Shown here: positions 51,501-61,266 of the stretch, piece after piece
How positions within the stretch are numbered: position 1 is the stretch's first letter
Layout: every line of letters starts with the position of its first letter
Assembly: GCA_951812955.1 (NCBI GenBank)
Contig: OX638340.1
Location: 96,001-160,000, forward strand
Direction of reading: 5' to 3'
Source of the DNA: an uncultured Gemmatimonadota bacterium
Lineage (GTDB): Bacteria; JAAXHH01
DNA length: 64,000 bases
Program-made: the position numbers and the translations under genes
The notes under the pieces: model-generated
The model's input: the letters and a program-made list of their open reading frames with translations, nothing else
Told to the model about the DNA's origin: nothing
Databases searched by the model: none

Positions 51501-52316
51501 AGCCTGCACGGCCTGCCGTGCCGCGGCGTCCAGCGGTGTGACGCCGCCGTTGGAGGTCATGGTGAGTATCTCGTTCTCCAGCCCCAGTCCCGAAGTCTCT
51601 TCCTGCATGCGCCTGAGGTACCTGGCGTAGACTGGTCCCACGTAGGCGTTGACGGCCGTCGTGCTCAGCCGGTCGTATTCCTTGATCTGCGGCAGGATCC
51701 CGGAGGAGAGCGACAGGTAAAGGTCGGGATGCCGCTCCCGGATGCGTTCGCCCACGAACCGCTCATGGGACGGGTTCAGGTAGGAGAAAATCAGACACAC
51801 GGCCACGGATTCCACGCCGGCCTGTACGAGGACGTCCAGAATCTCGTCCAGCGCTTCGTCATCCACGGGCGCTTCGACGGCGCCGTCGGCGCGGACACGC
51901 TCCGCGAGCGTGCGGCGCAAAGCCCTGGGTACCAAAGGTTCCACGGGCGTCATCCGGAGATTGTACCGGTCTTCTTTCAAGCCTTCCCGAAGCTCCAGGA
52001 GGTCCCGGAAGCCCTCCGTAGTAATCAGGCCAACCCGGGCGCCCTTGCGCTCAAGCAGCGTGTTGGTCGCGACAGTGGTGCCGTGGATGAACAGGCGCGT
52101 CTGAGCCAGAAGTTCGGCAATGGGAAGACCGTAGGATCCTGCAATGTCCCGGAGCCCGTCCATCACCGCGTTGGAAGGTGCGTCGGGGGTGGATGCCGTC
52201 TTGAAGTAACGAGGCGCGGAACGACCTTCGACCACGACGAAATCCGTGAATGTCCCGCCAACGTCAATGCCGATGGAAAAGGGCTGAGGAGTGTCGTCCG
52301 TGGACCGACTATTCAT
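48534..52316 (-). CDS. fused hydantoinase A / hydantoinase B (5-oxoprolinase / acetone-carboxylase superfamily), about 1260 aa
   Basis: The N-terminal HyuA part has FSIGIDVGGTFTDFV and the C-terminal HyuB part has GGGGASRGYDGW...GGGGYG. A Ser/Thr/Asp-rich linker SATSDQTSATLDPASATSDP joins them. The start was set at ATG 52316, which has a GGAGAA RBS. Confidence 0.8.
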   Translation of the reverse strand: MNSRSTDDTPQPFSIGIDVGGTFTDFVVVEGRSAPRYFKTASTPDAPSNAVMDGLRDIAGSYGLPIAELLAQTRLFIHGTTVATNTLLERKGARVGLITTEGFRDLLELREGLKEDRYNLRMTPVEPLVPRALRRTLAERVRADGAVEAPVDDEALDEILDVLVQAGVESVAVCLIFSYLNPSHERFVGERIRERHPDLYLSLSSGILPQIKEYDRLSTTAVNAYVGPVYARYLRRMQEETSGLGLENEILTMTSNGGVTPLDAAARQAVQAILSGPAGGVSGAVAYGRLIGEANLIGFDMGGTSTDISVIEGGDPQVSGEHYEGGWKIAVPMIDLHTLGAGGGSIARVDDGGTLHVGPQSAGADPGPACYGQGGDRPTVTDANLVLGYLDPGNFLGGRTLLHPNRSQEALEAHVAKPLGLTVEEAAHGVLDVVTTAMAEGIRLLTVRRGGDPRNFSLLAFGGAAGLHVGKVARKTGISTVHLPSAAPVLSAYGMLASDLRYDYAQSFTASLDVVDLDEVRRLMDRMAEQGTAQLRKQGLAGDDITTLFTADMRYLDQIYEVNVSIPDLDQVDDAIRRTWAALFHERYRVLYSYHQLDQEVRLVTLRATITGKLPSIILPEKANAASTPAARKGTRRIYTGAWTEAAVFTADDLAPGVGIEGPAIVESDFTTVLVEEGDRLEIDSYGGMVLSVSHTTPDPVSATSDQTSATLDPASATSDPVTHSVVGHRLESIAREMADVMIRTSMSQILNSSRDFSTAILDAEGQLVAQGEGIPVHISALPPAVEAVREYFGDGIVEGDLFILNDPYFGGSHLPDITAIYPVFRDGNLLFFAVNRAHHSDIGGGTHGGYNPSASELYHEGLRIPPVRLYEAGRPREDLLRMLAVNVRHAENFTGDLHAQIGSVQIAARRLQSLLDDYGTEGLTTSVAAILDSAERRIRQLITGWRDGVYYGETLLDDDGFDAVSIPIRARVTVQDDNMTIDLGDSSPQVTGFINSAYANTRSLAHVAIMYMAPSDVPKNEGSMRPVKVIAPKGLIVNPNPPAPVCMSTNHCGEEIVEAVFKALAPVAPDAVNAGFSRRLRFAITGRDPRTGQRFIWHFFFGRGGGGASRGYDGWSCVGEVNVAGAIRSPSVEITEERFPFKIVRNDLRPGSGGDGTWRGGLGAVFEMVYEGDEPAKLNMAGDGVINPPFGLFGGEPGLPHRYKVVSNGTERMLKSKETEVPILPGDHIVALSAGGGGYGPPRSRASSHRTRDQQSSLV

Positions 52317-52469
52317 GGGTGTTCTCCGGACCGTGTTGACGAAAAACGATCTGTGTCCTATACTATCGAAAGGCTCGTGTGAAGGGCTCGCAGAACGGAG
52401 TGCGGAAGCTGCATGCCGGAGCACGGCAGCATCCGACAGGTCCTATCGAAGATACAGCTGGACGAATAT

Positions 52470-53063
52470 ATGAATACAGACCGCATTTTCGAAAAAAACG
52501 AACACTGGATCAAGCGAAAACTAAGCGCCGATCCCGGTTATCTCGAGCGGCTTTCGCGGCAACAACAACCCGATATACTCTACATCGGATGCGCCGACAG
52601 CCGAGTAGCTCCCGAGGCCTTCATGGGCGCCGGGCCGGGTGAGGTCTTCGTGCACCGCAACGTGGGCAATCTGGCGATCCCCCTCGACCCGAACACCGGG
52701 TCCGCCATCGTCTACGGGGTCGAACACTTGAAAGTCGGGCACATCGTCGTGTGCGGGCACTACGACTGCGGTGCGGTGAAGGCGGTCATTCAGTCGGAGG
52801 ACCTCGGCACGCTCGAGCCCTGGCTGCGGCACTTGAGGAAGGTTTACCGCCGCCACGAGTCCGTACTGGTGTCCATTCCGGATTTCGCGGCCCGGTGCGA
52901 CCGCCTGGTCGAATGCAATGTCCGCGCGCAATGCGCCAACATATTGGAGTTTCCCGAGGTGCGAAAGTCGATCGAAGAGCACGGGTTGCAGGTGCACGGC
53001 TGGGTCTTCGACCTGCGCAACGGGCTGATCAAGGACCTGGCGGTCGGTCCCGTTCGGAAATGA
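52470..53063 (+). CDS. beta-class carbonic anhydrase
   Basis: CADSRV and HYDCGAV zinc-ligand motifs. It is divergent from the HyuAB gene. Confidence 0.85.
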   Translation: MNTDRIFEKNEHWIKRKLSADPGYLERLSRQQQPDILYIGCADSRVAPEAFMGAGPGEVFVHRNVGNLAIPLDPNTGSAIVYGVEHLKVGHIVVCGHYDCGAVKAVIQSEDLGTLEPWLRHLRKVYRRHESVLVSIPDFAARCDRLVECNVRAQCANILEFPEVRKSIEEHGLQVHGWVFDLRNGLIKDLAVGPVRK

Positions 53064-53135
53064 AATCGCGCTTCCGATCGGCCCGACGCCTCTTCGACCG
53101 GTTTTTACCTGCTGTTTGCGGCGTAGGCCACGCCG

Positions 53136-54833
53136 TCAGTCTCCCCCCGCCTGCTTCCGCAATACCCTGCCCGTCAGCGCGCCCGTATGTTCCCCCGTTT
53201 CTATCACGACCGTGCCATTGACCAGGACGCTGTCGATACCCCGGGCATACTGGTGTGGATTCATGAAGTCCGCCCGGTCGATGACGGAATCCGGATCGAA
53301 GACCACGAGATCGGCGACCTGTCCGACATCGATCGTGCCGCGGCCGGAAAGGCCCAGCCTGCGGGCCGGCATGCCGGTCATCTTGTGGACGGCGGTGGGC
53401 AGGTCGAACAACCGGTCTTCGCGGCAGTACTTGCCGAGTACCCTGGGAAACGTCCCGTAGTACCTGGGATGGGGCCTGGTCTCGCTTAAAGGGCCATAGT
53501 CCGCCGCGGCGCCACCGTCCGACGCGACCATGACGAGCGGATGGGTCAGCACGGAACGGATCTCCTCCTCGCTCATGCCGAACCCCACCATGCCCACACT
53601 CCCGTTCTCGGCGATGAGGAGTTCCCGGACGAAATCGAAAGGGTCTTGTCCGCTGCGCGCGACGATCTCCGACACCCGTCGTCCCACGTAGTCCTGGTTT
53701 TCCGCCCTGCCGACCGACGTGATCATCACGGCGCTCCAGTCTCCCAGCATGTCGACTTTCTCGATGGCTGCCTGTTTCATCAGGGACAGTGTTTCCGGTG
53801 TCTGCAGCCGGCTCAGGAACGCCTCGGCGCCGCCTGCCCGGAACCGGGTTGGAAACAGGTTCTGCAGCGTCGTGGCGTAGGCGATGTAGGGATACCGGTC
53901 CAGGGTGATGTCCATCCCTTCCCCAACCGCCTGTTCGATCATTTCGAAGGCCACAGATACCTTTTCCCGGTTGCGCCTGCCGGAGGCTTTGAAGTGGGCG
54001 ATCTGCAGGGCGATTTCGGCCTTCCTTGCGGTACTGATCGCTTCGCTTACGGCTTCTATGAGGTAGTCGTCCTCGTTGCGCATGTGGGTGGCGTAAAAAC
54101 CGCTATACCCCGCCGCCACACGGCCGAGTTCGGCGATTTCATCCTCGTCGGCGAAACTTCCGGGAGTATATTCAAGCCCGGAGGAGAGTCCCCAGGCTCC
54201 TTCCGACATGGCCTGGTCCACAAGCGCCTTCATGGTATCGATCTGCCGCGCGCTGGCCGGAATGTTTTCATATCCGACCACATGTCCGCGAATGGTGCCC
54301 TGCCCCGCCAGAGATATGAAGTTAACCCCGATGCCCTGCTGTTCCAGCGTGTTGAACAGGCCCGTGAAGTCCGTCCAACCGATATCCACGCCGTACCGCC
54401 GGCCGTAACCGTCCCGCAGCGACCTTTGCCGGTCTTCGGTCAGGGGTGCAAGTGATGAGCCGTCCTGACCGGCCACTTCCGTGGTTACACCCTGCCTGAT
54501 CTTGCTTTCGGCCTTGGGATCTACCAGCAACGAAAGGTCGGTGTGCGAATGTATGTCAATGAATCCCGGACAGACGATCTTCCCCGAAGCATCGATCGTC
54601 TTTGCACCCGTGCCGCTGACCGGGCCGATCTGGACGATCCGGTCTTCCGCGATGGCAATGTCGGCATCCACGGGAGGCGCTCCCGTACCGTCGATCACGC
54701 GTCCGCCTCTTATGATCACATCGTAATTCTGAGCGATCGCACATCCGTCAATCATCAGCGGCAGAGCGCCGACAGCCGCGCCGGCGCCCGCAATTCCGGT
54801 GCTCCTGAGAAAGGTACGTCTGGTCCAATCCAT
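53136..54833 (-). CDS. N-acyl-D-amino-acid deacylase (D-aminoacylase) family amidohydrolase with a Tat signal
   Basis: RRTFLRSTGIAGAGAAVGA twin-arginine signal and CPGFIDIHSHTD metal-binding motif. Confidence 0.8.
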   Translation of the reverse strand: MDWTRRTFLRSTGIAGAGAAVGALPLMIDGCAIAQNYDVIIRGGRVIDGTGAPPVDADIAIAEDRIVQIGPVSGTGAKTIDASGKIVCPGFIDIHSHTDLSLLVDPKAESKIRQGVTTEVAGQDGSSLAPLTEDRQRSLRDGYGRRYGVDIGWTDFTGLFNTLEQQGIGVNFISLAGQGTIRGHVVGYENIPASARQIDTMKALVDQAMSEGAWGLSSGLEYTPGSFADEDEIAELGRVAAGYSGFYATHMRNEDDYLIEAVSEAISTARKAEIALQIAHFKASGRRNREKVSVAFEMIEQAVGEGMDITLDRYPYIAYATTLQNLFPTRFRAGGAEAFLSRLQTPETLSLMKQAAIEKVDMLGDWSAVMITSVGRAENQDYVGRRVSEIVARSGQDPFDFVRELLIAENGSVGMVGFGMSEEEIRSVLTHPLVMVASDGGAAADYGPLSETRPHPRYYGTFPRVLGKYCREDRLFDLPTAVHKMTGMPARRLGLSGRGTIDVGQVADLVVFDPDSVIDRADFMNPHQYARGIDSVLVNGTVVIETGEHTGALTGRVLRKQAGGD

Positions 54834-54847
54834 GCGTTCTGCTCCTG

Positions 54848-55624
54848 TTAACCGGTCAGTCGAATCTTCAGTCCCTTATCAGAAAGAAACTGCTTGATGG
54901 AATTCACGGAGTAGTGTCCGTAATGCAGCATGGAAGCCACCAGTGCCGCATCGGCGCGGCCGGCCGTGAGCGCGTCGTATAGGTGCTCGGGCCGTCCCCC
55001 GCCGCCAGAGGCGATGACCGGGATTCCCACGGTTTCGGCGATCATCCGGGTCAGCGTCAACTCGTAGCCTTCGAGGGTGCCGTCCGCGTCGATGGAATTG
55101 ACGACGATCTCACCCGCCCCGAGGGCCTCGCCCCGCCGGGCCCATTCGATGGCGTCCATGCCGGTGTCCCGGCGGCCGCCATGGGTCACGATTTCGTAAC
55201 CGGAAGGCAACGAACCGGATGATTTGGCCTTCACGTCCATGGACAGCACGACGGCCTGTACCCCGAATGCGTCGGCCGCTTCGGAAATGACACCTGGATT
55301 TGCGACGGCCGCCGTGTTCAGGTTCACCTTTTCCGCGCCGGCTTCGAGCACCTTTCTGCAGTCATCGACCGTTCGCAGGCCCCCGCCCACCGAAAAGGGT
55401 ATGAATACCTGCCGGGCTACCTCTTCCACCACGTCCAGCATGATGCCGCGCTGGTCGCTCGACGCCGTAATGTCGTAGAAGACGAGCTCGTCCAGGCCGG
55501 CCTCGTAGTACCGTCTCGCCGCCGAAACCGGGTCGCCGATGTCTTTCGTGTTGACGAAACGGACGCTCTTGACCAGCCGGCCGTCCCGGACGTCCAGGCA
55601 GGAAATGAGCCGCTTGCTCAGCAT
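54848..55624 (-). CDS. hisF: imidazole glycerol phosphate synthase, cyclase subunit
   Basis: IPCLDV-type N-terminus ([13 protein letters not shown]), GGGLR, GAEKV and SIDADGT motifs. It overlaps hisH by 7 bp. Confidence 0.85.
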   Translation of the reverse strand: MLSKRLISCLDVRDGRLVKSVRFVNTKDIGDPVSAARRYYEAGLDELVFYDITASSDQRGIMLDVVEEVARQVFIPFSVGGGLRTVDDCRKVLEAGAEKVNLNTAAVANPGVISEAADAFGVQAVVLSMDVKAKSSGSLPSGYEIVTHGGRRDTGMDAIEWARRGEALGAGEIVVNSIDADGTLEGYELTLTRMIAETVGIPVIASGGGGRPEHLYDALTAGRADAALVASMLHYGHYSVNSIKQFLSDKGLKIRLTG

Positions 55625-56238
55625 GCGTTCCCGTCCCACTTCACGAATTCGTCCAGGATCTTCAGGCCCACGGGACCGCTTTTCTCCACGTGAAACTGGG
55701 TCGCGACGATGTTGTTCCTGCCGATGACGGCCGCAAACTCAACGTCGTACCGGCATTTTGCCAGTACATCCGTATCGTCAACCGGCGCTGGATAGTATGA
55801 ATGTACAAAGTAGACCTCGTCGCCCGTTCGCAGGTGACGGAGCACGGGATGCGCGCTGCACACCCGCAGTTCGTTCCATCCCATGTGCGGTACCTTCAGG
55901 GCGGCGTCCTCCGGTTTAAATCGAAGGCACCTGCCCTCGATCAGGTCCAGACAGCGCTGGTCGGTTTCCTCGGAATCCGAAAGCAGGATCTGGCAGCCGA
56001 CGCAGATCCCCAGGATGGGCGTTCCCCTGGCGGCGGCCGATTTGAGCGCTACGTCGAGCCCTCTTTCGTGGAGGGTTTCCAGGGCTGAATGAGCATGGCC
56101 CACCCCGGGGAAGATGATGCGTTCCGCGTGGTCCAGGTCATCCGGGATCGACGTGATGATCGAACCCACACCCAGGTGGTCCAGCGCTCTTTTCACCGAG
56201 GTCTGATTTCCAGCGTCGTAATCTACAATGTGAATCAT
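55618..56238 (-). CDS. hisH: imidazole glycerol phosphate synthase, glutamine amidotransferase subunit
   Basis: [20 protein letters not shown] (catalytic Cys) and FHVEKS (the His/Glu of the catalytic triad region). Confidence 0.85.
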   Translation of the reverse strand: MIHIVDYDAGNQTSVKRALDHLGVGSIITSIPDDLDHAERIIFPGVGHAHSALETLHERGLDVALKSAAARGTPILGICVGCQILLSDSEETDQRCLDLIEGRCLRFKPEDAALKVPHMGWNELRVCSAHPVLRHLRTGDEVYFVHSYYPAPVDDTDVLAKCRYDVEFAAVIGRNNIVATQFHVEKSGPVGLKILDEFVKWDGNAC

Positions 56239-56510
56239 GGAGAAGTGCGTTCGTCGAGGTTGCCTGGAGGGTACCGATCCGATTCCAACCGCATGTCCCT
56301 AGTAATCGCGGCAGAGGTTATTTGTCAAGGGAAAGATGGTGCAGCGGGGCTGCCGCGGAAGCCCTTTTATCTTGAATAGGACGTTGACATGATCGATAGG
56401 CGTTTCTATACTGGTTTGGTCCGTCATCGCACCTCGACTACCGCGCCGGAATTCGCCCCGGACCGTGAACCCAGCGCACTGAATTCGCACCATCCGGAGT
56501 CGATACCCAG

Positions 56511-57767
56511 ATGCTCTTCAACGTCGAACGTGCAACGGAGTACATGCGAGATTGCGGTCTCGATGCGCTGGTCGCGACTTCGCCCGTTAATATCACCTAT
56601 TTCACGGGTTATTTCATCTGGATCGACGGGCTCATGAAGGAGTACATGGTCAGCCCCGGCGGTTCAGCGGATATAGCGCAGGGATACGCGCTGTTTCCGG
56701 CCGACGGCGAGCCCGCTCTGGCGGTTACCGGATCGATGCTGGCCGTCAACGGCGTGGACCTCCGGGTCCGTGATCTCAGGGTAAGCGGCGACTCCGGTTT
56801 GGACTGGTCGCTGGCGCCTCGGTCGCTGTCCGGCCGAATGAACCGGGTGTACGCCCTTGTGAAGGATGCGCCGGGTTACGGCACGACTACCGAGGCACTC
56901 GCCGGCGCCCTGAGCGACCGGGGACTTGCGAGCGGGACACTGGGCGTGGAAGCGGACGGGATGACCGCCGGCCGGTACGCGCAGCTGCGCCGGACGCTCC
57001 CTGACGCCCGGCTGCTCGATTGCTCGAACCTCATACGGCTGCTCCGCATGGTCAAGACCGGCGACGAGATCGATCGGCTCGTGCAGGCGGCGGAAATCAG
57101 CGAGACGGCGGCCATGTCGGCCATGGAACAGGCGCGACCGGGCGACAACGTGCAGGACGTCATCCGCCGGTTCAGAGCGGAGTTGGGGGGCCGGGGGGCG
57201 GACCTGGATCATTTCGCCTTCGGGGTCCACGGACTGGGTATCGCGACGGAACCGGATTTCATCCTGGGAGAAACCGACGTGGAATATGTGGACTGGGGAT
57301 GCAGGTACCGCTCGGTTTATTCGGATACCGGGACCACTTACGCCATGCGGCCCTTGTCCGGGGACATGCAAGGCCGGTTCGAAGTGCTCCGCGCGTCCAT
57401 GGACGCCGGCCTGGCGGCCATACGGCCCGGAGTCCTTTCCTCGACGGTCCAGGCGGCGATGCAGGACGTGGTGGACGATGCCGGCATGGCCATGTATCCT
57501 CACGGTCACGGGGTCGGCATGGAAGTGCGAGACTACCCCATCCTGGCGCCGGATAACGGCCTGAGGATCGCCGATGACTGCGTGGATGTTCCGTCCGACC
57601 TGGTCATCGAAGAAAACATGGTGCTTAACGTGGAAGCGCCGCTCTGCCTGGCGGGGGTCGGTTCCCTGCACCTGGAACAGTCCGTCGTCGTGACGGATAG
57701 CGGGTCTCGTCCTCTCGTCGAGCAGCAACGGGAGCGGCCGGTGTTTCCCCTCGGCGCCTCGACGTAG
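56511..57767 (+). CDS. M24-family metallopeptidase (creatinase/Xaa-Pro dipeptidase type) with a creatinase_N domain
   Basis: The N-terminal domain begins ALVATSPVNITYFTGY, and the C-terminal pita-bread fold carries HGHGVGMEVRD. Confidence 0.8.
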   Translation: MLFNVERATEYMRDCGLDALVATSPVNITYFTGYFIWIDGLMKEYMVSPGGSADIAQGYALFPADGEPALAVTGSMLAVNGVDLRVRDLRVSGDSGLDWSLAPRSLSGRMNRVYALVKDAPGYGTTTEALAGALSDRGLASGTLGVEADGMTAGRYAQLRRTLPDARLLDCSNLIRLLRMVKTGDEIDRLVQAAEISETAAMSAMEQARPGDNVQDVIRRFRAELGGRGADLDHFAFGVHGLGIATEPDFILGETDVEYVDWGCRYRSVYSDTGTTYAMRPLSGDMQGRFEVLRASMDAGLAAIRPGVLSSTVQAAMQDVVDDAGMAMYPHGHGVGMEVRDYPILAPDNGLRIADDCVDVPSDLVIEENMVLNVEAPLCLAGVGSLHLEQSVVVTDSGSRPLVEQQRERPVFPLGAST

Positions 57768-57813
57768 GAGATGGGAAGTACTTAATCGGCAGCGACCTCG
57801 AAATCGGCATCCT

Positions 57814-58839
57814 ATGAAAATAACAGGGATCCAACTTCATCAGCCCGCGGGCCTGCTTCGTTTGCTTACCAACGCCGGGCTCGAGGGGCACTGTACGGGG
57901 GTTGCCGCATTGGGGCACGACGTCGATCGCGTGGCATCCATCCTGGTGGATACGAACCCCGTAGACCGGGAACGGACCTGGTGGGCGATGAAGGATCCGG
58001 GTGAAGGGTTGTCCGCATCCCTTCGCGCCGGGATCGACGTTGCCCTGTGGGACCTTTCCGCGAAGATCGCGGGCCGGCCGCTGTTCAGGCACCTGGGCGG
58101 ATTCAGGGCCCGCGTCCCAGTCTGCCGGGCTGGTACGGCGTCAGGCACTGATCGGACTGATCGGGCCCCCTCCGAGATCGTCCGGGAAGCGAAAGACGCG
58201 CGGCAGGCCGGGTTCGGAGCCTATCGATTCGGCATGCGGACCGACGAGACCTCGCTGATCCAGCTGATACATGAAGTGCGGGCGGCCGTGGGTCCGGAGT
58301 TCCCGTTGGTGCTCGACGGCCAGGCCCGGTGCGTAATCGACGAGGCGATACGAATCGGCAGGGCGCTCGACGAGGCGGATTATTTCTACTTCGACCGTCC
58401 CCGTCCTCCCGGAGATCACTCCGGCGGGAAACAGGTGGCCGGTGAGATCGATACGCCGACCAGCACCGAGGTGTCCAGTCCCATTGCGGCGTCTCAGGTC
58501 ATGTCGGCCGGGTCTGCCGATCACATTCGCACCGACGTGCTAAGTTGCGGCGGCTTGACGGACGTGTTGAAGTCGGCCCGCTGCGCCGAGGCCTTTGGCG
58601 CCTACTGCCATCTGCGCGGTTTCGGGATCTGTGACGGTTTCGCCCATCTGCATCTGGCCGGCGCCCTCAGAAACACGCCCTTTATCGAGATGACGGAACT
58701 CGAGACTGCATCGCCTTTTGTTCGAAACCCACCGCGGGCTGACGGCGGGTTTGTCCAATTGCCCGATCTTCCGGGCCTCGGGATGGAAGTCGACCTGGAC
58801 GCGGTAATGGATAGTACATCGGAATTGATCGAAGCATGA
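57814..58839 (+). CDS. enolase-superfamily (mandelate racemase / muconate lactonizing enzyme-like) protein
   Basis: N-terminal capping-domain motif IDVALWDLSAK. Several canonical barrel ligands appear to be substituted (DGQ and DRP where D and EEP are usual), so it may be divergent or inactive. Confidence 0.55.
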   Translation: MKITGIQLHQPAGLLRLLTNAGLEGHCTGVAALGHDVDRVASILVDTNPVDRERTWWAMKDPGEGLSASLRAGIDVALWDLSAKIAGRPLFRHLGGFRARVPVCRAGTASGTDRTDRAPSEIVREAKDARQAGFGAYRFGMRTDETSLIQLIHEVRAAVGPEFPLVLDGQARCVIDEAIRIGRALDEADYFYFDRPRPPGDHSGGKQVAGEIDTPTSTEVSSPIAASQVMSAGSADHIRTDVLSCGGLTDVLKSARCAEAFGAYCHLRGFGICDGFAHLHLAGALRNTPFIEMTELETASPFVRNPPRADGGFVQLPDLPGLGMEVDLDAVMDSTSELIEA

Positions 58840-58892
58840 TCGAAGCATGATCGAAGCACGATCCGAAGTACGATCAGGGATTAAGGAATACC

Positions 58893-60083
58893 ATGCAGAT
58901 CCAGGATGTAAAATGTTACGTAATGGAGGATGAGCCGGAAACGCGCCGGGAAAGCAGCGCGGACCGGGGCAGCATGGCGCCTGTGCCGCCGGGCATCTCC
59001 GGGCTGTTTACCCACGACCAGGGATTCGGCGCGGGCGCGCCCGACGGATTCTCCTTCACCGGCGACAGTCCCGAACCCAAGTATCGCCTGGTGATCCGGC
59101 TCGTGACGGACGGCGACCTGGACGCCTACGCGGATTATGGCACAGGATTCGATCCCCGGGAACTGGAATGGCAGGGCAAAGCGTTCCTTGCCCGGTACGC
59201 CCACATGCTCATCGGCGTGGACGCCTTCGACCGGGAGTATGTCTGGCAGCGTTTGTGGATGGCCCAACGCTTCATGTACACGGGAAGGGGGCTGCTCGAT
59301 ACAGTCGACCGCATGCTGTGGGACCTGGCCAGCCGGAGCGCGAGGCTCCCCATCTACAAACTCCTCGGCGCATGCCGCGAAAGCGTGCCCGCCTACTGCA
59401 ACGTGGGCGGCCGGACCATCGACGACCTGGTTGAGAACGCGGTGACGCGCGTGAACGAGGAAGGATTCATCGGCTGCAAGGATCATTCCTACCGGGGCGT
59501 GAAGGCCAACGGTGAGATGGCCGTGAGACTGCGGGAAGCGCTGGGCGACGACATCATGCTCTTTCACGACCCCGTCGAATCATACACCTACGAGGAGGCC
59601 GTGAAGATCGGGCGCATCATGGAAAGGTGCCGGTACCGGTGGATCGAAGAACCATTGCAGGACTACGACATCCTGGGACTTCAGAAGCTGTGCGCGACCC
59701 TCGACCTCCCGGTCCTGACCCTGGAGTGGATCGGGGCCATCGGGGGACAGCCCTACAACACGGCGCCGTACCTGGCGCTGCAGGCCGCCGATATCGTTCG
59801 TCAGCGGGGTATCGGCATTACGGGGCAGGTCAAGCAGGCCCAGCTGGCCGAGAGTTTCGGCGTGGAAGTGCATGGCGGGGATCCACACGTCATCCTGGCC
59901 ATCGGAAACGATCCCGTCTTCGAAGCATTCATGGGATTGCAGCCGCGCCCCCCTGCAGCGGAGCTTGACTGCCGCGGGACTCTTGTAGTGGAAAACGGCG
60001 CCATGTCGATCGCCTGGAGCGACCGCCCCGCGCCCGAACCGGACTGGGACGAGATGGCGCGCGACGCAGTAAGCGTTATTTGA
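58893..60083 (+). CDS. enolase-superfamily (MR/MLE-like) protein, second paralog
   Basis: VDRMLWDLASR capping motif, LFHDP and WIEEPL barrel motifs. Confidence 0.6.
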   Translation: MQIQDVKCYVMEDEPETRRESSADRGSMAPVPPGISGLFTHDQGFGAGAPDGFSFTGDSPEPKYRLVIRLVTDGDLDAYADYGTGFDPRELEWQGKAFLARYAHMLIGVDAFDREYVWQRLWMAQRFMYTGRGLLDTVDRMLWDLASRSARLPIYKLLGACRESVPAYCNVGGRTIDDLVENAVTRVNEEGFIGCKDHSYRGVKANGEMAVRLREALGDDIMLFHDPVESYTYEEAVKIGRIMERCRYRWIEEPLQDYDILGLQKLCATLDLPVLTLEWIGAIGGQPYNTAPYLALQAADIVRQRGIGITGQVKQAQLAESFGVEVHGGDPHVILAIGNDPVFEAFMGLQPRPPAAELDCRGTLVVENGAMSIAWSDRPAPEPDWDEMARDAVSVI

Positions 60084-60116
60084 CCCGGGTTACCAACCGA
60101 ATCACCAATATGTGGA

Positions 60117-61112
60117 GTGAACATGACTGAGAAAATACGTTGGGGCATACTCGGAACGGGCGCCATTGCCCACAAGTTCGCGGAAGCCATGGAATTCGTT
60201 CCGGATGCGGAAGTGGCGGCGGTGGGGTCGAGGGCGCGTAATACGGCGCACGCTTTCGCCGACGAGTTCGCGATACCCGGGAGGCACGAATCCTACCGGG
60301 CCCTGGCGGAAGCCCCGGATGTCGACGCGATCTACGTGGCCTCCCCGCATCCCATGCACCACGATCACACGCTGCTGTGCCTGAACGCGGACAAGGCCGT
60401 GCTTTGTGAGAAACCCTTTGCCCTCAACGCCGGGGAAGCAGAATCCATGGTTCATTGCGCAAGAGACCGGGGCCTTTTCCTCATGGAGGCCATGTGGACT
60501 CGGTATCTGCCCGCGATCGCGCAGGTACGCCGGTGGCTCGCTAAGGATGCGATCGGCGAAGTGCGCTTGATGATGGCCGATTTTGGATTCCGCGCGGGGT
60601 TCAACCCGGAAGGCCGGCTGCTGAATCCGGTGCTGGGCGGCGGTGCCCTTCTCGACATCGGCGTCTACATTGTCTCGCTGGCCTCCATGGTCTACGGAGC
60701 GCAGCCGACCCGCATCACCGCGCTCGCGGATATCGGCGAAACCGGCGTGGATGAGCAGACCACCATGGCATTTCGCTACGGTTCGGGCGCCATGGCTTCC
60801 CTGTCCTGCGCGATCCGGACCGACACGCCCAGGGATGTCCGGATCCTGGGAACAGGGGGCAGCATCCATATCCCGGCGCCCTTCTATGACGCCTGCATCG
60901 CGACGCTGAACGCGGACGGCGAAGAGCAGGTTACGGCCGAGCCCGACCGTGTGGAGAACGGATTCAAGTACGAGATCGAGGAAGCGGGCCGGTGCCTGCG
61001 GGAAGGGCTGCTCGAGAGTCCCGCGCTCCCGTTGGACGAGACCCTGGCCATCATGCGGACCCTGGACGCCGTCCGGGCGGAGATCGGGTTGGAATACCCA
61101 ATGGAGGCGTGA
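60117..61112 (+). CDS. Gfo/Idh/MocA-family NAD(P)-dependent oxidoreductase
   Basis: IRWGILGTGAIA Rossmann N-terminus and EKPFALN motif. Confidence 0.8.
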   Translation: MNMTEKIRWGILGTGAIAHKFAEAMEFVPDAEVAAVGSRARNTAHAFADEFAIPGRHESYRALAEAPDVDAIYVASPHPMHHDHTLLCLNADKAVLCEKPFALNAGEAESMVHCARDRGLFLMEAMWTRYLPAIAQVRRWLAKDAIGEVRLMMADFGFRAGFNPEGRLLNPVLGGGALLDIGVYIVSLASMVYGAQPTRITALADIGETGVDEQTTMAFRYGSGAMASLSCAIRTDTPRDVRILGTGGSIHIPAPFYDACIATLNADGEEQVTAEPDRVENGFKYEIEEAGRCLREGLLESPALPLDETLAIMRTLDAVRAEIGLEYPMEA

Positions 61113-61190
61113 CTCCTTTCGAGTGGAGGCGTGATTCCTTTCGAATAAAGGCATGGTTCCTATCGAGTAGAGGCGCGATCCCTTTCGAGG
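61103..61190. repeat. 22-bp tandem repeat x4 beginning at the stop codon of the Gfo/Idh/MocA gene
   Basis: ggaggcgtgactcctttcgagt / ggaggcgtgattcctttcgaat / aaaggcatggttcctatcgagt / agaggcgcgatccctttcgagg. Confidence 0.85.
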
Positions 61191-61266
61191 ATCCGGGTAC
61201 ACTTCACCCCACATTACCGTATCATTGAAATCTAGCGGTGTACCATTGAAATATTGAGGAGCCCCA

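Noticed and set aside
49020-52382. 592-aa and 503-aa plus-strand ORFs inside the HyuAB gene
   Set aside because: Antisense shadow ORFs; the minus-strand frame carries the hydantoinase A/B motifs.
52317-52424. 36-aa N-terminal extension of the HyuAB ORF (MLRHAASALRSASP...)
   Set aside because: Homology begins at MNSRSTDDTPQPFSIGIDVGG, and a GGAGAA RBS precedes that ATG. The extension would also overlap the divergent carbonic-anhydrase promoter region.
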